A stretch of DNA of 64,000 nt from the NCBI GenBank assembly GCA_012295275.1, contig CM022679.1:25730001-25794000 (forward strand). Direction: 5' to 3'. Each line of letters opens with the position of its first letter. The stretch's first letter is position 1. A model generated the notes under the pieces. That model was not told the DNA's origin, made no database searches, and worked only from the letters and a program-made list of their open reading frames with translations. The stretch is from Chrysomallon squamiferum. Its lineage: Eukaryota; Animalia; Mollusca. Both the position numbers and the translations under genes were made by a program. Below are positions 34,876-47,398 of the stretch, in pieces.

Positions 34876-36337
34876 GTACTGTACTGAAGAAAATATTTAA
34901 TAAACAGTACATTATTTTATAGCTCAGTTGATTGTAATGCTAAAACAGTCACTGTAGGTTGATGATACTGCAGTGGTCATTAAAGTACCTGATATTATGT
35001 CTGAAGTGTGATGGACATGTCTGGTTCTTGAAGAATATGCCACTGAATAATTTTAATTACAGTTCAGCTGTGTAAAAGGTGAAGAGGGTGTCACTGAGTA
35101 GTTTGTGAATAATAGTAAATAAATAAACATGTCAACATTATAATAACATTATGAACTAGAGCACCAAAATAAAATGGCATCAGGTACTTGATAACTGAAA
35201 GTAACCAGATTATACATTTTACATTCAAAACAAAATAATGTCAAATTTTATTATTTTTCTTTCTGTTAGCTTCAATATATATGTATATAAATACATTACA
35301 CACACACACACATATAAATACATATAATGACTAAAACATTTTTAAACAATAAAAAAGTAATGGCAGAGATGCGAATAACATCGCATAAGTAAGTTTTCAT
35401 TATCAATTTAGTATATATTAACATGGTACTTTTTCTTAGAGATGAACTCCTGTTATTTAATTTTGGTAATTTTCATCTGTTATTTTCCTGCTGATTATTT
35501 GCTTGTACAAAACAAAATAAAATAAACACAGAGGAATAAAGTACAATTTCAATATATGTAGTTTATTATATAGATTGAAGTACAACAGAAAAATTACCAG
35601 TTTAAAAGTGTATCTTGACTAGCTTTTACAAAATTATTGTGTAAATATAACAGTAAACTGAGTAAAATAAGAATAAATCAGCTTATACTGATAGCAAGAA
35701 TAATCCAGTTGAGTATAAAAACTATTAAGATAGAATCAATAACCATTACAGTAATTAGTAATTGAAGCAATATGCAATTAAAATCATGAGGTAATTTGAA
35801 TAATTCATTTGAAGTCAGTAAAGTATTTAAATAATTCATTTTGTGCCAGTAAATTATTTGAAGAGTTCTGTTGACATCAGGGTCTTTTTAAAAATAACCC
35901 ATCAGACTAATGTAAATTTGCTGTTAACCATTTACCATTTGAAAAGCTTCCATAACGACACTGAAACGTTATAGTGTCAACACAGTACTAAACAATAAAA
36001 ATTAAAAAAACGAAGAAGAAGAAAAAAAAAAAAAACAAGAAAAAACCGAACATATTTAGCTTTCAAATCTGACTCAAATTTTATATTGGTTAAAAATAAA
36101 ATTTGTTTAATTCTGATTTTTTTCAATTTCCATTATATCTACACATAGTTAGCAGAAGTTTGATTCAAAGTCTTACTATGATTAGTTCTTGTTGCTGGTT
36201 CAAACATAAAACTATCTACGCTTACATCTGTTTATCAAAATCAACAAGTTTATCCTTTCCATCATCATAAACATTTTATTTACTTTATTAAAATTTATTG
36301 TTTTTAAATCAAGAGAAATTATTTACTGACAAAATAC

Positions 36338-38759
36338 CCTTGTGTTGTTGATGCTGTTACACTAACTACCATGATTGTTGCTGTGGTAAGGATTTCTTGA
36401 AGGAAAGTATTGTTTTTGGAATTGGTAAAAATGCCATTTCCCAGTTCCTGAAATAAAAATAATATAAAGAAACAATTACAGGATTAACAAAATGCTATCC
36501 AAATGATTTTAGTGATAATAAAATGAAGAAAAAGAAAAAAATTATTTATTATTTATATTAATTAATAACACTGTTGCATTTATTTAACTTTTACAAATTT
36601 CATGACGTATATTTGTATAAATAGTAAGGGTAAAAATAAATGAGTTCATATAAAAACAGAGAATGTAATATATACAGTATTCTTTAAACTATGAATTAAA
36701 AAAATGACAAAATACCCTTACTGTTTATATGTGCTCCATAGATGTCTGAACCAAAGATTCTAATTCTGGAAACCATTTTGAAAACAGATCTCGTTTGAAG
36801 TTGTGAATTACATCTGAAAAAATAAAAAAATAAGAACAATATTAATTATCAAAATAATATCCTAAACATCAAAACGGTAAATCAAATATTTTTACAGTTC
36901 ACTATTCTATAAATATCATTCTACTGTTAGTTCAAGATAATAAATTAAAATTTGATAATCCATCTTTTTACTAATATTTGTAATATTATGACCCTTAAAG
37001 TATTACTGGGTTTCTTCTCTTCCTAAGGTAGAAACAAGCAGTAAAAACAATGACAAAGAGGGTAAGTAGGATGAGCTATATAATTACTAGATAGAAACTG
37101 ATTTGCCTGGGACTGAGATAGTATATATGTCTGTTAAGAAACCACTAGTACTTTCAGCAATGTGTATGTACTTCTCAGGTAATAGATCATGAGGTGCTAT
37201 GACTGTTATAACATATCATGAAGCACTGTGATTTCATAACCATCAGATGGGAGATAATTCTTCAACATGTACAGTGCATTATTTCTAAATCTCTATGTAT
37301 CCCAGTTTATTAGTAGAAAATCAGATAAAGCCACACATTACAAACATGAAGCTAGATATCAACCGATCATCTGGTATTTCTCTACTGATCTGCTGCCATC
37401 AGTTTAAAATGATTAAATACATTATCTGATTATATCAATGGAAATAACTGCCCTCTATGGGTAATTCTTAGTCTGAACTTAGATAAATACTTTTTATTTA
37501 CAGTGTATACATCAAATTTCAAAAGAGAGAGTTATTTTAATAAGCATGATATCTGAAACTGAAAATGAGAGATAAAAAAAATATCAGCAAATGACAATTA
37601 AAAGTCAAGAGAAAAAGAAGAAGACTATTTTAGAGCAACTTATTATTTGTGATGCAAGCAATAAATCGTTATCTGGTGTTTTAAGAAACTCACTAATCTC
37701 ATTGTCAATCTCTACAGTCATATTGTTAGTACAATCAACATGTACTCAGGATCAGCTTCGACAGGTCCAGAAACTGAAAAATTAAAAGAAACAACAAATA
37801 AATACATGCAGAATTTCTATTTATAATCTTCAGTGTCTGTAAACTGTTTTTGTTTTATGAAAAGAATAAAGCTATCTGATTTATATTTACTGTTGTATAC
37901 TAATTCATGGTTCACAGGACAGTAAAGATTACAGTTAACATACCAGTGTAAGAATAGGTCCGACTCAAGAAAACAGACAGCAAGTGATCATAAACAAACA
38001 TAAAAATAAAACTTTTGTTGAATAATTTCATCATTTATGGCATGAGTGTGTTTAAAATATTTTATTAAAGGCCCTGTTTTATTAGAAACAAAATATCAGT
38101 GCATACAAGTAGATGATTAATTTGATGTTGGTGACAATGACGTGGTTGTTGAATTTTCTCATTTCACCTTTACAAAATGTCTAAATGTGTCTAGAGTGAG
38201 AAGTGACTTCTCCCTATTTTTCTATCCTTGCATGAACCCTATAATATCAGTTCACTTTTCAGAGTAATGTATTAAGAAATCAAACAATGTCCATTAACCT
38301 ACCAATGTCTCTTCTTGAAGTCTTGGAGTACTTCCATACATTGTCTATGGTCTTAGGCAGCTGAACAAAATGGGAGAAAAAAGAAGAAAAAATGAATAAA
38401 ATATATTTAATATTATTATCATTAAAAGTGTTATAATCTTAAAAGAAGTTTTAATTCTAAAACCATCTATATCTATATGTTCCTGTGAAGACTGAAGGAC
38501 CTGTTTTGTCCTCTGTATTATATTTATAGTATTTACTCATTTCAGCAAACCTATAGTTGAATCAATAAATCATTATTATAATGAATTTGTATGTATCTGT
38601 CTTACAGACTGTTTTCACCTCTTTACTGTCTCTCAGCCTGGAAACACAGCTGACTGAGGAGTAATGTTTATCCAGATCCACGTAACCTCTTCCACATTGG
38701 CAATCTTAGCCTGAACCTCTTCTTTATCTTGTTCAACATTTTCACCCTCTTCCTCTTTT
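36338..38759 (-). pseudogene. Decayed exons of an unidentified gene upstream of the caspase fragment
   Basis: Exon-like blocks with TTCAG acceptors and mostly GT donors: 38606-38759, 38303-38360, about 37641-37773, 36722-36813, 36338-36447; the apparent frame is broken by 1-nt shifts and stops. Confidence 0.55.
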
Positions 38760-39499
38760 CTGAAATAAAGTGAACATTAAAAAACTCATTTTAATAAATA
38801 CAAGATATATTACTTGACATACTGGCAGGAGTGACATAATTTAATATAAATAATAAACAAATGATATTCCATCAAGATAACATTTATGGTTAAAACTATT
38901 TCCATTACATGTCAATCCATTACATTCAGATAAAATGCTAAAAGTGAAGTTCGTTATGTTTCCTTAAGATGTCATGAATTAAAATAAAATATTAAACCTG
39001 AATGTATCAATCATTCAATAAGTTTTAACTTAACAACAACAGTAATACTATTTATAATAAATTCTGATATTATATAATAATATCTATAATCACAGTTTAT
39101 ATTTTGTGAATGCTTTTTATACTGAAGAAAGAAACTAAAACTACGAAGATAATCATAATAATATAAAAGTTAACACAAGATACAAATTTCAAGTTTGATA
39201 ATCTCTCGGGACTGAATCATTGCAAAAGTATATACTATATATTCATAATATTGTGATGAATATCTTTTCTAAATTTTGTAACTCGGTCTTTGAGCTTGAG
39301 TGCATGTCCATAATAATAATAATAATCATTATAATGGCTATCAGTATCATATAACTATCACATTCACAGTATGAGTATCATGAGTACGAGTATCACTGTC
39401 ACTGTCAGTATCAATGCCGTCTAGTCTACTCGTTAGTATCATTTATCTTTTTTATTTTGGCATTGGAAGGAGTAACATACAAATCTGAATCTGTTATCA

Positions 39500-39909
39500 A
39501 AAAAGAAAACAACTGGTCTTTTCAGAACCGCATTTTTATTTTGTAAATATTCAAACCTGTTTGGTCGTTATAGATGCCAAAAACAACAAAACACGGATAA
39601 CCGAAAATTATTAAAGAGTTATCTTTCGGTTTGGTTTTGTAAATTCCTTTCTGCATCAGGGAGACCTAACATTATCGATCGCTCCAGATAAGCAGTTTTG
39701 ATTAGGTCTGCTGATAGGGGTTTTATTGACTATTTATACTACATTTATTATAAAACGAGAGACATTTTCGCAATCACCTGCGAATGACTCCCGAACCTTC
39801 AGAGGTTTTACTACGACTAGTTGTTGTCAGACTTCTATTTCTTGTTTTTGCTTGTTTTGTGTCTATATTTATATATTTTATTAGTAGTACTTTTTAATTT
39901 TAATTTCAG

Positions 39910-39953
<44 letters not shown>

Positions 39954-41099
39954 TAAAAAATATAATCACATTTCCCGTGCCTATTATTAATGAACTTTTA
40001 GTCCTTCTAATAATTATATTATTTCAATACCCCACATAACAAGAAAGAAATATACCGGGAAGGATAATTATATCGAAATGCAACGACTGTTTCAAAGTAA
40101 ATCAAAATATATAAATTCCTCATAAATAAGGTGGATTTTCATAAACTAAACGCCATTCTAACCCTAGAATTTTGGTACATAAAATATTCCGAGTGTACGA
40201 CATAGGAAGGGGTGGAGATAACAACTGATATCAGATATTACTGGACATATATATATGAATATTGTTTTTGGACGATAATTGTTTTTCAGGGCCGCATCAG
40301 TGACGCTGCCCAGGAGCCTCGAAAAACTATTTCATTCTCTCGCTCTTTTTTTATTTGATAATTTTACGGAGATAGGGAGGCATCACTATAGTTATAAAAC
40401 GTCGAACTACAAAACTGTTAAAATAAACCGAAATGAAAATAATGAAAGTTCGTAATATAAACAAATGAATGGAACAACAACAAACATATTTAAAAATTAT
40501 TTTTTATTACATCAAACACTGTGTCTATCAGGTAGAAAGAAGTAAGTAGAAGTATTGCAATCATACAAACATTGTTATTTTGAGACCTCTACTCTTTTTA
40601 AAATAAACTCTATTTTTTTCCCCTCCTATATTGTATTTCTTGTCTTTTTAACTTCAAATTGTACCTTCTCTGCTTCGTAGTCTAGACATTACAACAAGTA
40701 TTTTTCATGTTACTGGGTTGAGAACTGCTAAATCTCTCATTAACGGTCTTATTTATTTGCTAACAATAAAATCTTAACAAAATAAATACTTGATAAATTT
40801 TCGTACGCTCCACATTAGATATTTATATTCATAAATATCACTCGTTTCACAGCAGGAGAGATGTGTTTTGTCAGTTTTTATTTTGTCACAGGATTAAGAT
40901 GTAGAGGAATAACCGCAGTCTGAAGAATAACCAAAAGTAGTGCAACTTTTAGGTCATTTCCGGCTGATTTTCCAATGCAGTTAACAGACAGGAAGTAATC
41001 CACTGCTTTTACGTGTGTAGAGTTCATATCGCAAAACAATTGTCTTCTGTATTCTACGGTTGTGAAGACATCCCTGTAAAAAAAAAAAAAAAAAAAAAA

Positions 41100-41100
<1 letters not shown>
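39500..41100 (-). promoter_or_regulatory. Candidate promoter and first-exon region of the minus-strand unit
   Basis: CpGs reappear from about 39.1 kb; minus-strand donor CAG|GTGATT at about 39778; ETS-like TTTCCGG and GGAAGT motifs near 40957-40996. Inference only. Confidence 0.35.
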
Positions 41101-41136
<36 letters not shown>

Positions 41137-42062
41137 TAATAATGTTGATGATAATTATATTATTTATGATAATTATGAACCGATTGTGATAATAAAAATG
41201 ATAACTAATGAAAACAGCGATGATGATGAAGATGATTATCATAAACGATGGAATGATTAATGCTACTACTGCTACTACAACCGTTTTTTTTTTTTTTTTT
41301 TTTTTTTGACAAAGGATTGATTAGAAACTGAGTCAGGCATCTCGAAACATTTGTTCGTGACTACCAGGACAGCTAGAATCGGCATTTTAGCCACGAACAG
41401 CGAATTCTGAATACATTTAAATAATTTGACTCGGTTTTAATAATGCCAGACTTGAGGACTTGAAACCATGGTGCCCGAAACAAAACCTCGTTCCGTTCTT
41501 TATCTATTAAATAAAGTAGAACATCTCTGAAATGTTGGCACTAATAAAGATTTTATTTTTTTATTATTTTCCTCCTTATTCTTCCTAGTTTGGATAATAA
41601 ACGTATAAACGTTAGTCAGTTTACCAGCAAGGGTATTGAATTAATTAACATGTTCACATAGAGCATTACATAGTGTACCAGATCAGAACAGTTTCTTTCG
41701 AGGTATTTTTTTTAAGCAAATTAATCGTTAAAAATGAAATAAAATTAATGGTACATTTAAACAACAACAACAGATTTTGGCTGGAGGCTGAGTTACTTCT
41801 AGATTATGATCCCCTGAGCCACAGCCCGGTCCTCCCACATGTAAATCCGATGTTGATTCCGTCACAACCATATTGTTATAATCAATTTTTTTTTTTTTTC
41901 GTTGTTGCAATTAGATCGCGCGCGCGGGTGTTGTCCTCACCAGGCCGGAACTACTCTTTCAAGCCGCGTGGCGTTCATTCACTCGCCGTATTGTTTACGG
42001 GTCGAGTCGCCACAGTTATGTATCATCAATTTTCTTTATATTTTTAATTTTGAAATGTTTAG

Positions 42063-42152
42063 ATACGTATTTAGATGCCTTGGTAACAGAACACCGGAAA
42101 ATCCAGAAATCCGGAAAAACTCAGGCCCCATGGATAATTGGCCCGGTACCTG
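42063..42152 (-). mobile_element. Tigger-like MITE end
   Basis: Ends ...CCGGTACCTG-TA; inverted match to 43073-43168. Confidence 0.65.
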
Positions 42153-42412
42153 TATTTCTCTTGAAAGTTGAAAGCATCTTTACATTTTGCCACAGTTTCG
42201 TCCAGTCACCGCATGGATAGTGATGGGCTAGCGGGCTTTCGCTGTTTCCATCAAATTATACTTTTTAAATAATCATGTAATCAAATTTTTGAATATCTGC
42301 AAAAATGCATGTGATCAGAATCAGACAATAAACCCAGTTCTTTTAAGTTGTATACAAAGTATATTAATTGAGATGGACATAAGAAAATGACTGTACAGAA
42401 TTACATGTTTTC

Positions 42413-43045
42413 TTAAAGGCCCTGTCTTAACAAAATATCAGCGCTTACAAATTATTACTTTTATGATGGAGACAATGGCTTCGTTGTGTTGCATTGTTTA
42501 ATTTCGCCCTTTCAAAATAACACTTTGCTCTAATGTGTTTATTTTTCTAGCCCAGCGTGAACATGTAATATCAGTTTACTTTTCAGAAGAATGTATTAAA
42601 GAAACATCACAATGTGCATTAACCTACCACTATTTCTACTTCAAGTCCTGCAATATTTCCAAACACTGTCCATGTTCTTAGCCAGCTGAAACAAAATGGG
42701 AGGAAAAAGACGAAATAAGCAATGAAAAGATATTTAACATTTTTATCATTAAAAGTGTTATAACCTGAAAACCAAGTTTTAATGCTAAAACCATCTACAT
42801 CTACCTGTTCCTTTGAAGACTCAAGGACACTTTTCAGCTTTTTTTTGCTTTATAGTATATTTATGTACTCATTTCAGCACAACTGTCATTAAATCAATAA
42901 ATCGTTATATGTTTCTGTTTGCCAGACTGTTTTCACCTCACTGCTTGGCCATACATCTAACTGAGGAGTATTGTTTATCCAGATCCATGGTAAACTCTTC
43001 CACATTAGCAACCTCAACCTGGACCTCTTTTTCGACTTCTTCTGC
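42413..43045 (-). pseudogene. Diverged duplicate of 38066-38750 with two pseudo-exons (42628-42685, about 42925-43045)
   Basis: EVQVEVANVEEFTMDLDKQYSSV vs EVQAKIANVEEVT/VDLDKHYSSV, and LAKNMDSVWKYCRT* vs LPKTIDNVWKYSKTS; introns also align. Confidence 0.8.
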
Positions 43046-43072
43046 TGATTAGGGTTTTACTGAATATTGATA

Positions 43073-43168
43073 CAGGTACCGGATCTTTTATCCGGACTCC
43101 TTGGGGCCTGAGTCATTACGGGTTTCTGGATTTTCCGGTTTTCTGGTACCAAGGCGTCTAAATATGTA
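43073..43168 (+). mobile_element. Tigger-like MITE end
   Basis: Starts TA-CAGGTACCGG...; inverted match to 42063-42152. Confidence 0.65.
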
Positions 43169-43200
43169 AATAATTAAGTATAAGCATTTTAAAATTAAAA

Positions 43201-43301
<101 letters not shown>

Positions 43302-43986
43302 AGAGATTAGTAATTAAAATACATAAATTCCTCACAAATAAGGAGAATTTACATAAACAAAACGTCATACTAATCTTAGAGCTTGGTAGATAAAACATTA
43401 TAATTGTAGAACATAATTCATCGAGAAGAAATAGACCTTCCCTGTCAACACATTTCTCCGTGTTACCTTTTTTCTTTTTATTGTTAAAATAATTCACCTG
43501 TTTTTATCTAGGCAGATTATAGTGGTTTCAGTATTTCATTTGAATGCAATTCATTCTTAATTAAGTAGTTTGGATATAACATGTTAAATTGGTTCTATGC
43601 TTTGTATATCAATACTTTCAAGTTAAAGGATGGAAATGTAATTCAGTCGTATGAACTCTGTTGTAGAATGGGTAAACAGTTTCTAACGCTGATGTGAGAA
43701 TATAAGATAAACAGATAATTTTGATATTTTAATTAAGATTTCTGTAATTAATATCAAATATTTTATAAATTCAGATTATTTTATATTTTTATTATTTCAT
43801 ATTAAACGGCCCATTTGGGTACTTTGTTATTTTGTTTCTGTTAATACTTCAAAATATATAACTCATAAGTCGCAAGGGGAATAACTCTTATTGTCGTATA
43901 CAGTTACTAAGACAACATTATCCATCTCGTAATTGAGCAACATCAATTTGAAAATGTAGGGAATAGCTGTAATAGCTGAATTTAAA

Positions 43987-44017
<31 letters not shown>

Positions 44018-44539
44018 AATATAAATAAATAAATAAATTAATTAATTAATTAATGAAAAAATGAGAAAATGAAGGCAATTTGGAACTTGGTTAAAAATAA
44101 GGTGAAGTTTAGTTCGACGGGGCGAGTCTTTCTCCCGCGTTTCCCCCCCCCCTCTCTAATGATCCCTGGTGTTACGCAGTTTATGTCCAATAAATAAAAT
44201 AATATGAAAATGCTTTTTAAACTTGTGAAAGAAACTAATGAAAACTAATCATAACAACATAAAATAAAAACAAAAAATGAAATTAAAAATATGATGATAA
44301 CAACTCGAGACTGAGTGAAACTGTGATAGTTTTAAAAAACATGTGTCATGATGAATATGATTTTAAAATTTTGACACTTTGTTTTAGAGTCTGATTAGAT
44401 ACATTATGAAGTGAAGTTGTTGTTTGACTGGTTACAGTGAGTGTTTGGTCTTTTCAGGACGATAAGTTCCGCTTGAGCAATTGAATAACTAATAAATCTT
44501 AGGAAACAGGTTCACTAGACAAGCAAAGTAATTTAGTTT

Positions 44540-45003
44540 CATGTAATTTTAAAAACAAAATAAAAGAGAATGTAAAGAAATAAACTGGTTTTGTAAAGTG
44601 CGTTTATCTTCGAGATCAGACAAATTATTTTAATTCCTTTGGCTGGAGTTACAGCCTTTATCGACCCCCCATGTTTCAGTATGGCACATCTCTCTCATGT
44701 TTTTCTATGAATTCAATGGACATCATCCGCTTCTTTTTCACAGCACTGTCCTTTGCACTCACTTTCTTAGGATCCAAGACTAGAAAAAAATGTTTTAGCA
44801 AAGTACTGCACAAAACGCGACCACAACACAACAGACATGCTTACACGACGAGTTAACCACGTGAAGTAAACGACTGACACGCGGGATGCTGGCCGGATGT
44901 TATGTTGTTCGTTGCGCCAACTAGCGGCGGCATAGCTGAAGCTCGCTCTTAACTCGGATTTTGGCTCGCAACACAAAGCAAAAAATCGACCGGGCAACTA
45001 CTT
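44540..45003 (-). mobile_element. Truncated Tigger/pogo fragment (mirror of 9712-10175)
   Basis: Minus strand encodes DPKKVSAKDSAVKKKRMMSIE, matching the 14863 element. Confidence 0.8.
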
Positions 45004-45209
45004 AACATGGAATTCTGAGGTATGAAATAAACAAAATGAAATAACATTCCAGGATGTATCTGATCTGTTGTTATACAGTGAATAGTTGGTAGCATTCGCT
45101 AATAATAATAATAATAATAATAATAATAGAATAAACGAATGTGATGAGTCACATGCATATTCTATTGACAGCAAGTTTAGGAAATTTTTTCCAGCTACAG
45201 AGAAAACTA

Positions 45210-45999
45210 CCGTATATACTTGTGGAGACTATATTAAGGTAATATTTTGGGGGTCGACTTATACACAGGTAATGCTTTTGTAGCTGTTGCTGAAGAGTCG
45301 CCATTTTGACTATTTTTTGCTACGGGATGCATCTAAAATAATCGCGGTCTTTCATTTTTCAAAAATATAATTTTATCGTATAAAATTTTTTGAAAAATTA
45401 AATAACAAAACCAAATATGAAGGTAAAACACGATATTCTTCCGTTTAATGACATAAAAATACATTTTAAAGCGAGAAAACCGTCGGTACGGCGTTATGCC
45501 TTACGGCGTCTTGCAATGATCTAGGAATGCAGACTTCTCTGCCAAATTGCACTAAATATCGGTACTAATTTCATAAACAAAACTCACTTGTTTAATTGTA
45601 AAGAATTTGGTGAAATAATATTGCAATCGTCATTAATATCCACTACCGACAAATTTTGTAAATCATAGAATGGCTAAATATAACGGTAAGTTACGTCTCC
45701 ATGTTAGACCTATTACATTAAAGAGATACTATTTATGATACATTTAGGCTATAGCTCGTGTAATACAAGCATTTACGTTATTATGGTATATTCGTGCAAG
45801 TTACAGTTTGTGCAAGTTATGTTACAGTAGGTGTACAATGTAGGCCTTCATGGCACTGTCACACTGGTCTAAAAATAGTGACGGTGCCTGAAATCTACAG
45901 TCGACTTATACACAAGTAATACCTAAAATGACGCAATTTTTGGTCTTAAAATACAATTCGACTTATACATAAGGTCGCCTTGTACACAAGTATATACGG
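45210..45999. mobile_element. Same MITE, copy in the right arm (about 30 bp internal insertion near 45380)
   Basis: TA-CCGTATATACTTGTG ... CACAAGTATATACGG-TA; reverse complement of 8751-9508. Confidence 0.85.
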
Positions 46000-46799
46000 T
46001 AATAAAGAAAAAATGAAATAAAATCTAATTGTAATAATATATTAAAATAACATAAAAACAAAAATTAAAAAAACAAAAAAATAAAAACAGAAAGAAGTAA
46101 CTTTAAACAATATATAATTTAGATATATTTAGTGTCCAAAACAATAGAAACTTATATAGACATCATATCTTGCCACTCCGTACATACGTGTATAATACAT
46201 GTGATATTATGGTGCGTTTGTTCCTTTCTGATTTAACGAATAAACAACAATTTGTGAGCTGAAATGAAATGGACAGCGTTATATGCATAATCAATCATAC
46301 AATCAAAATTTTCAACCTCTACATATTAATGTTTTTTATGTTTTAGGCTCAATAAATGGTTGTTATAATACCAACACTAATAATTCAAACCATGCAATCA
46401 AGAATGTGTTTAATACATAAATTCGAAGTTTGTTATCTAATAATTTTGTTCTCTTTGTCTTCTCAGCTGGTAAATTTATTAAAATTTAATCAGTGTTCAG
46501 ATTGCTAGAAAGAGCACTGGATGAAACATTTACTCATATAAAAAATGTTTTATATACACATACATACACACATCAACATTTATTTTTGTGTGGTCTATAA
46601 ATGCTGTGTTAATGTTTCTGATTATCAGTTTTTAAAGTAACTCCTTTCTCTCTCTCACTCTCTCACATACGCAAACACAAAGGAATATATACATATAGAT
46701 ATATTTAAAAATCTAAATAAGATAAAATAAGATATAAATAGCCCAACAATTGAATTTTTTAAAATTATTATAAAATGAAAAAGAAAAAATATAATATAA

Positions 46800-46834
<35 letters not shown>

Positions 46835-47367
46835 AGATATTAAATAATTAATAACTACAGCAACATTTATATATTTTAATAAAGCACTTAATATCTTGTA
46901 ATTATTATGTGTCACGTATACGTTGCTCTCAACAAGTAGCAGTTCCCAGGAATCGCTACTACTGTTTTCCATGAATAATAGCTCTTTGTAGACGAGTTTC
47001 TCAGGGAAAAGTAAAACACGGTAAAATCTGCGGTGAATCATCATGCTTAACGATCGCTTCGTACAACTGCTCCGAGGTATGAAAGAGACAGCCACAAAAA
47101 GGTGACCTGTTAAGGCTATTCAAGATTTATATATTGTGCTAAACCTTTGAATCTGCACAAATAACTCGTGTAACACTCAACACACGTGACGTAGCCGAAA
47201 ATCGGCGTACCCATAACTTACACAGCAGTACAAAGACATGAGTGTTTGTTCCAGATTATAAGGCGATAGTGTGAGCGTGTGATCCAAGTCTAAACACGAA
47301 ACCAATACATATTTCATAGTTTTTGTTTTATATATATAAAGACTAAATCGAAAGATAATTTTATATC

Positions 47368-47398
<31 letters not shown>

